This document shows, piece by piece, positions 59,401 to 64,000 of a stretch of 64,000 nucleotides of DNA; within the stretch, counting starts at the first letter, position 1; each line of letters begins with the position of its first letter. The notes beneath the pieces are model-generated. The model did not search any database. It worked only from the letters and a program-made list of their open reading frames with translations, and was not told the DNA's origin. The DNA is taken from assembly GCA_965249725.1 (NCBI GenBank), contig OZ252251.1:704001-768000 (forward strand). Direction: 5' to 3'. The translations under genes were made by a program, and so were the position numbers. Source of the stretch: Longimicrobiales bacterium (GTDB taxonomy: Bacteria; Gemmatimonadota; Gemmatimonadetes; Longimicrobiales; Gaopeijiaceae).

Positions 59401-59959
59401 AGGCCAGGGTCAGGGTCAAGGCGAGGGCCAGGGTCAGGGTCAAGGCGAGGGCCAAGGTCAGGGTCAAGGCGAGGGCCAAGGTCAGGGCGAAGGCCAGGGA
59501 CAAGGCCAGCAGGGCCAACAAGGTCAGGGCGGCGGAAACCAAGGCGGATTCGGCACCCCGGACGGATCGGGCGGCGGCCGTCGGCCGGGCAACGTCTCGC
59601 CCGGCGATGTCCGTCAGTTCAGGCGAGAGATCCGGGAGCGGGTCCAAGAGACACGGGAGCTCCAGCGGATCCTGGAGCAGGAGGATCTCGAGGCGCTCGA
59701 CGGACAGCGACTCGACGAGGTCGTATCCGCCCTTCGCGAGTTGGACAGCGAGCGTGTCTACTCGGACCTAGCCGAGGTAGAACGGCTCCAGGAACAGATC
59801 CTGGAGGGGTTGAAACAGCTCGAGTTCGGACTTCGCCGAGAACTGGACGGCGAGGATCGCGATCGCGTCTTCGTCTCGGGTTCTGACGAGGTCCCGACGG
59901 GCTTCCGAAAGTTGGTGGACGAGTACTACAAAGCCCTGTCTCGGAATCCCGGGAACTGA
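56387..59959 (+). CDS. Large membrane-anchored coiled-coil protein (DUF4175-like)
   Basis: N-terminal TMs, DQPP/DDYG, long heptads, QG repeats, LVDEYYKAL end. Confidence 0.8.
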   Translation: MYKGKHRAARHLEILRVIDRIRRRWRTRIAMRGMAIALGASLTAFLISVYGLEIFRFSATAVVTLRILLWLAVIGFVTRFLAWPLARRVSDEQAALYLEENEPSLEAAVLSALEAGNGDPGTSDSLERGLVENALHRVRRVDYGRGIEQKGLYRASGALAAAALATLVLMLFGPAQLRHGASALLFPTRDAGTVNPYAINVEPGDVTIARGSDQLVAVQLSGFESDEVRIFFKSESSDGFDQLSMLPQVFDDLSMLPADTEGVELLLLGLDENTEYFVESSGIRSATHRIEVADLPYVDRLELEYHFPSYTGLAVRTVEGGGDIAALEGTEVRVKIFPTMLTPGGRLIVNGEAAELTDVGDGTWLGTLQVKREGYYEIELARADGDLVPASPEYTIDVLTDQPPAVSFSKPGRDTRASPIEELFLEAQADDDYGISNLVLIYSANGEPEDTVTLYGSSPTPEVTAGHTLYLEEFGLEPGDLVSYYAQAKDNNRSGGVRTVTSDIYFVQIRPFRIDFRQGEQAGGGGGGGGVAMEEEGLSDLQREIVAATFNLVRDEEELPKSEFDENVVSVRLAQARVREQVAGLLERLLARGMGTDPQFQRIAELLPQALEEMENAERILGDGEPKEAISPEQKALLHLQKAEETYEAVVQQGGQQGGGGGGGGASAEDLADLFELELDKLKNQYETLERGERQQATEQVDETLEKLKELARRQQQQAERQRRAAQQGGGGGAAARGQRELADETEEAARQLERLARETNDQRLMEASRELQQAADEMRRSASASGNAGTADAASALDRLEEARRRLERDRVDRLRDDAEDAARRAEALAEEQREIQRQMDRLNDQEGAALQESARRLFERKEAMTEELGDLESQIDRLSADARASQRDASDQLGEAANSIRDNKLKERVRYSRGLIGTGDQDYTREFESETQRGLDELEERLERAVGAVGEMEEDGRTEALDRTRDLVRGMESMSRRLGERGDQGQQQGQQGEGQQGEGQEGEGQGQGQGEGQGQGQGEGQGQGQGEGQGQGEGQGQGQQGQQGQGGGNQGGFGTPDGSGGGRRPGNVSPGDVRQFRREIRERVQETRELQRILEQEDLEALDGQRLDEVVSALRELDSERVYSDLAEVERLQEQILEGLKQLEFGLRRELDGEDRDRVFVSGSDEVPTGFRKLVDEYYKALSRNPGN
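59340..59530 (+). repeat. Low-complexity GQGQGQGE coding repeat
   Basis: 24-bp units read directly. Confidence 0.85.
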
Positions 59960-59999
59960 TGGCTCACGCCCCGCGGACACCCACAGGAATGATCCAGTC

Positions 60000-61037
60000 A
60001 TGAAGATCGGCGTCTTGATCCTCAACTTCGGCGAGCCTGAGCACGCCACGCTCGAGGAAGTCGTTCCGTATCTGGAGCGGATCTTCCTTCGGAACGCGGC
60101 CCTGGAGTCCAAGGGAGGTGGACCCGCGCGAGCCCGACAGCTCGCCGAGACCCGGGCCCCCGGATTGATCGAGGACTACGAGAAGATCGGTGGATCCCCT
60201 CTCAACGATCAGGCCCGAAAGCAAGTCCGCATGGTCCAGCTCGCGCTGAGGCGACGAGGGATCGACGTGATGTGCTATTCGGGCATGCAGTTCACGGACC
60301 CGTCGATCCTCACCGCCGTGCATGATGCCAAGTCGGACGGAGTGGAGAAGCTGATGGCCCTTCCGGTCTATCCACTCTGCGGCATGTCGACGACCGTGGC
60401 CGCACTCGAGGATGTAGAGGCAGCTCTAGAGGAACTCGAGTGGGACGTGCCCCTTCGGGAAATCACCGGTTGGCACCGGCACCCCGACTACGTGCGTCTC
60501 CGCGCCGACAACATTCTGGAGTTCGTGAAGCAGCAAGGAATCGACCTTCACGCCACGGATACCAGGCTCGTATTCTCGGCTCACGGCACCCCCATCAAGT
60601 ATGTGGAAGGCGGGCCCCGGTACGTCGGCTATGTGGAGGAGGCGTGTCGTATGATCGCGCGCGGGCTCGGCACCAAGGACTACGTGCTCGGCTACCAGAA
60701 CCATGCCAACCGAGGGGTGAAGTGGACCGAGCCCGAGGTGGACCATGTGATGAAGGGGCTCGAGGGAGCCCGAGTGGTGGTCGAGCCGCTCAGCTTCATG
60801 CACGAGCAGTCCGAGACCCTCGGTGAACTCGACAGCGACCTCCGAGAGGTCGCGGAAGTGGCAGGACTGGACTTCTATCGCGTGCCGGTCCCCCATGCCG
60901 ACCCGCGCTTCGCCGCGCTTCTGGCCGATCTGATCGAAGACGCCCTGCGACCCGAGCCCATCATGGGAGAACTGGGCCTCCGCCGCTGTCTTTGCCGGGC
61001 GACGCCCCAGACGTTCTGCCTCAACGCGGCCGACTAA
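60000..61037 (+). CDS. hemH: Ferrochelatase
   Basis: LNFGEP, IGGSPL, FSAHG, WTEP, ETLGELD. Confidence 0.92.
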   Translation: MKIGVLILNFGEPEHATLEEVVPYLERIFLRNAALESKGGGPARARQLAETRAPGLIEDYEKIGGSPLNDQARKQVRMVQLALRRRGIDVMCYSGMQFTDPSILTAVHDAKSDGVEKLMALPVYPLCGMSTTVAALEDVEAALEELEWDVPLREITGWHRHPDYVRLRADNILEFVKQQGIDLHATDTRLVFSAHGTPIKYVEGGPRYVGYVEEACRMIARGLGTKDYVLGYQNHANRGVKWTEPEVDHVMKGLEGARVVVEPLSFMHEQSETLGELDSDLREVAEVAGLDFYRVPVPHADPRFAALLADLIEDALRPEPIMGELGLRRCLCRATPQTFCLNAAD

Positions 61038-61061
61038 GCCAGCGACCTCGGGCCTTCGGCG

Positions 61062-62330
61062 CTAGGACGCCGTAAGACGACGTGCCAGCCGCTTCGCCTC
61101 GACGATGCGCCCGGCAATGCCCGGCCTGGCCGAATAGTTGGCGCAGAGGTGCAATCCCGCGGGAAGATCCAGATTCGGCATCGGGTCCCAGCTCTCGTCC
61201 CAAGCGGGCATCCGTGTGCGGGAGACCATGAGCGTCTCCGCCGCATAGCCCGTAACTGTCTCGAACTCCTCACAGGCGATCCGCCCGAGCTCTTCGTCGG
61301 GCCGGTCCACGATTGCCGGGTTCTTCATGCCCCCCAGGTACGCCGTGTAGAGCCCCGAACGCTTGAAGAGGCTGTGGTTCCACGTCACACCTCGCGTCTC
61401 GAAGTTCTCCCCCAAAGCCAATTGGTATCCGAGACCACGGAGATCCGCCTCGGAGCGCATGTGCACGACCGCCAGTGGGTTGTAGCGGATTCCGGCGAGA
61501 GTGCTCGCTCCCGCCTCAGACACACCCCCGAGGATCTTCGCGGCCTGGTCCGCCGGGCAGGTGAGCACCACGTGGGAGGCCCGAACCCGCTCGCCACCAT
61601 CCAGAACGATCTCCCAACCATCCCCGCTCTCGCGAAGCGCTCGCACCGGGCTGTCCATATGCACCCTGTCGCCCAAGTGAGCCTGCAGCGCGCGAGGCAG
61701 GGCGGCGAGACCGTCGTGAAACGAGCAGGGTGGCGCTTCGTCGGCCCGACCACCGGCCGAAATCATCCGCCACAGGATGCTCCGCCCTACTCCCATGTTC
61801 TTCAAGGTGCGTGCCAGGCCGTGGCGGGCAGGCATCCGATCCGGATCCGACCCGTAGAGCCCTCCGTAGAGAGGGCCGAGAAGGTCACGATAGGCGACCT
61901 CGCCGAACTTCCTCCGCAGAAAGCCACCCGCCGTCTCATCGGGGCGGGGTCCCGCACGGAATGGTTCAGTCAGAATGCGGAGCTTGCTCGAGAGAGGAAG
62001 CAGGTCCGTGGAGACCGCCTGCCCCAAGGACAGGGGCGCCGTCCTGAGCTTTCCCCGGGTGTAGACGAACAGCGGAAGATCGACGGGCGCCGTGACCAGC
62101 TCTTCCGATAGCCCAACCGCCTCTACCAGATCGCGGAATCCCTCTGTGAGGCGGGCCCTCTGCGGCCCCAGCTCGACTTGTACTCCTCCGCAGTCCTGGG
62201 ACCAGAGCACGCCTCCGGGTCGCTCGGACGCCTCCCAAAGCGTGACGTCCTCTCCCAGCCTCACGAGTTCGTGACCGAGCACGAGGCCCGAAATCCCGCC
62301 CCCCACGATTCCAATCAACTGGCTCTTCAC
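61062..62330 (-). CDS. hemG: Protoporphyrinogen/coproporphyrinogen oxidase (HemY-type, FAD)
   Basis: IVGGGISGL, ELGP, LYGGLYG; GTG 62330. Confidence 0.88.
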   Translation of the reverse strand: MKSQLIGIVGGGISGLVLGHELVRLGEDVTLWEASERPGGVLWSQDCGGVQVELGPQRARLTEGFRDLVEAVGLSEELVTAPVDLPLFVYTRGKLRTAPLSLGQAVSTDLLPLSSKLRILTEPFRAGPRPDETAGGFLRRKFGEVAYRDLLGPLYGGLYGSDPDRMPARHGLARTLKNMGVGRSILWRMISAGGRADEAPPCSFHDGLAALPRALQAHLGDRVHMDSPVRALRESGDGWEIVLDGGERVRASHVVLTCPADQAAKILGGVSEAGASTLAGIRYNPLAVVHMRSEADLRGLGYQLALGENFETRGVTWNHSLFKRSGLYTAYLGGMKNPAIVDRPDEELGRIACEEFETVTGYAAETLMVSRTRMPAWDESWDPMPNLDLPAGLHLCANYSARPGIAGRIVEAKRLARRLTAS

Positions 62331-62355
62331 CCCCCCATTCGGCGCCGAGACTACT

Positions 62356-62442
62356 CTAGCCGGCTGTTGAAGAAGTACCGCGGTCCGCGAACTGACCCGT
62401 GGGAGTCTACTGCGTTGATCGGAAGTATCAACAACTGCCTGG
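62356..62442. mobile_element. Possible degenerate MITE (IS5/IS1182-like ends)
   Basis: CTAG-CCGGCTGTTGA...TCAACAACTGC-CTGG imperfect IR (10/13). Confidence 0.35.
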
Positions 62443-62540
62443 TGAACGGCGACGCGGCCTTCCGATTCCGCCACCGACACAGTGTGTTTAGATTGTGCCC
62501 CCAAAGGTCGGCAACCCCCGTGTGAAGTGGATTCCTTGCG

Positions 62541-64000
62541 ATGAGCAACGAGCAGTTCATCTACGTGATGAAGGACCTGCGAAAGCTCGTCCCACCGAAA
62601 CGCGAGATCCTCAAAGGGATCTGGCTGTCCTTCTATCACGGGGCGAAGATCGGGGTGGTGGGACCCAACGGGTCCGGCAAGAGCACGCTGCTACGCATCA
62701 TGGCAGGGCTCGATGACGATTTTCTGGGGGATGCCTGGGCGGCCAAAGGCACCCGGGTGAGCTATCTGGCCCAGGAGCCCGAGCTCGACCCCACCCTGGA
62801 TGTTCGCGGCAATGTCGAAGAGGGTGTGCGCGAGACCCGTGATCTCCTCACACAGTTCGAGGAGGTCAGCATGCAGTTCGCGGAACCCATGAGCGACGAC
62901 GAGATGGAGTCGCTCATCGCCAAGCAATCCCGCCTACAGGATCGAATCGACGCCTCCAACGCTTGGGATCTCGATAGGAGGGTGGAAATCGCCATGGAGG
63001 CGCTCCGCCTCCCCCCTCCCGACACTGACGTCACGACGCTTTCTGGGGGTGAACGGAGGCGAGTCGCTCTATGTCGGGTACTGCTCGAGGAGCCGGACAT
63101 GCTCCTGCTGGACGAGCCCACCAATCACTTGGACGCCGAATCGGTCGCTTGGCTCGAGCGGTTCCTGGCCGACTTCACGGGCACGATCGTCGCCATCACG
63201 CACGACCGCTACTTCCTCGACAACGTCGCAGAGTGGATCCTCGAGCTCGACCGCGGCGAGGGAATCCCCTGGAAGGGCAACTACTCCTCCTGGCTCGAGC
63301 AGAAGCGGGAGCGACTGCGGGTCGAGGAGAAGCAGGCGTCGACCCGACAGGGCACCTTGGAGCGTGAGTTGGAGTGGATCCGGATGGCGCCTCGGGCTCG
63401 TCACGCCAAGGGCAAGGCGCGCATCGGCGCGTACGAGGATCTTCTGGCTCAGGACGAGCGTGAGCAGGTCAAGACGGCAGAGATTCTCATCCCGAAGGGC
63501 CCTCGCCTAGGCAACGACGTGGTGCTTTGCGAGGGAGTGAAGAAGGGCTACGACGAGGTCTTGCTGTTGGAGCATCTCTCCTTTTCGCTTCCCCCTGGCG
63601 CGATCGTGGGCATTATCGGGCCCAACGGCGCAGGCAAAACGACCCTCTTCCGCATGATCACAGATCAGGAAGAGCCTGATGCAGGCACCATGCAGCTGGG
63701 TCAGACCGTCCAACTCGCCTATGTCGACCAGTCGAGGGCGGATCTCGATCCCGAGAAGACCGTGTTCGAGGAGGTGGCGCAGGGTCAGGAAATCCTCGAG
63801 TTCGGGCGGGTCGAGGTGAACCCGCGCGCCTACTTGTCCTGGTTCAACTTCCGGGGCGCAGATCAGCAGAAGAAAGTCGGGGTGCTCTCGGGAGGGGAGC
63901 GGAATCGCCTGCACCTGGCCAAGCTCCTCAAGGAAGGCGGGAACCTCATTCTCCTGGATGAGCCCACCAACGATCTCGACGTCGACACCCTGCGGGCCCT
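62541..64000 (+). CDS. ettA: Energy-dependent translational throttle ABC-F ATPase, runs off the window end
   Basis: MSNEQFIY...ILKGIWLSF..GAKIG..GPNGSGKS, LSGGERRR, GNYSSWLEQK, second Walker A GPNGAGKT. Confidence 0.93.
   Translation, partial: MSNEQFIYVMKDLRKLVPPKREILKGIWLSFYHGAKIGVVGPNGSGKSTLLRIMAGLDDDFLGDAWAAKGTRVSYLAQEPELDPTLDVRGNVEEGVRETRDLLTQFEEVSMQFAEPMSDDEMESLIAKQSRLQDRIDASNAWDLDRRVEIAMEALRLPPPDTDVTTLSGGERRRVALCRVLLEEPDMLLLDEPTNHLDAESVAWLERFLADFTGTIVAITHDRYFLDNVAEWILELDRGEGIPWKGNYSSWLEQKRERLRVEEKQASTRQGTLERELEWIRMAPRARHAKGKARIGAYEDLLAQDEREQVKTAEILIPKGPRLGNDVVLCEGVKKGYDEVLLLEHLSFSLPPGAIVGIIGPNGAGKTTLFRMITDQEEPDAGTMQLGQTVQLAYVDQSRADLDPEKTVFEEVAQGQEILEFGRVEVNPRAYLSWFNFRGADQQKKVGVLSGGERNRLHLAKLLKEGGNLILLDEPTNDLDVDTLRA

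Noticed and set aside
59340..59530. QG repeat as a special element
   Set aside because: Low-complexity linker typical of such coiled-coil proteins

Overview
A high-GC bacterial chromosomal window. Gene content suggests Gemmatimonadota, and the cargo looks like that of a marine or sponge-associated lineage; this taxonomy is an inference. It has three parts. (1) 1-11206: envelope and redox genes, including a secreted peroxiredoxin-like selenoprotein (in-frame TGA plus a SECIS-like hairpin) convergent with ccdA and tlpA, and a frameshifted giant surface metalloprotease. (2) About 11207-29727: a heavily eroded integrative element. It holds fragments of ArdC, a Cre-like recombinase with an intact 11-6-11 palindromic site, a P4-type integrase and IS3/IS1595/IS481, plus a Replic_Relax-like gene, AlpA, a RelE-XRE toxin-antitoxin pair and an LRR/FN3 autotransporter. 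It also carries a complete IS110-family (IS1111-type) element whose bridge/seek-RNA guide segments match its own target and donor junctions. (3) 29924-64000: core genes (cyclophilin, ferritin, ABC transporter, a nine-gene DUF4159/vWA/MoxR/DUF58/BatA operon, hemH, hemG/Y, ettA). The best candidate for an undescribed system is 36500-41260. There a sigma54 promoter with an IHF site and a candidate enhancer precedes a ZU5/GAIN-like lipoprotein ending in HF|CGYAVASG. It is followed by a stand-alone TPR protein, a sigma54 activator with no sensory domain, and a paralogous TPR fused to an HD-GYP phosphodiesterase. No rRNA, tRNA or CRISPR array was seen. All family assignments come from motif recognition, not database searches.
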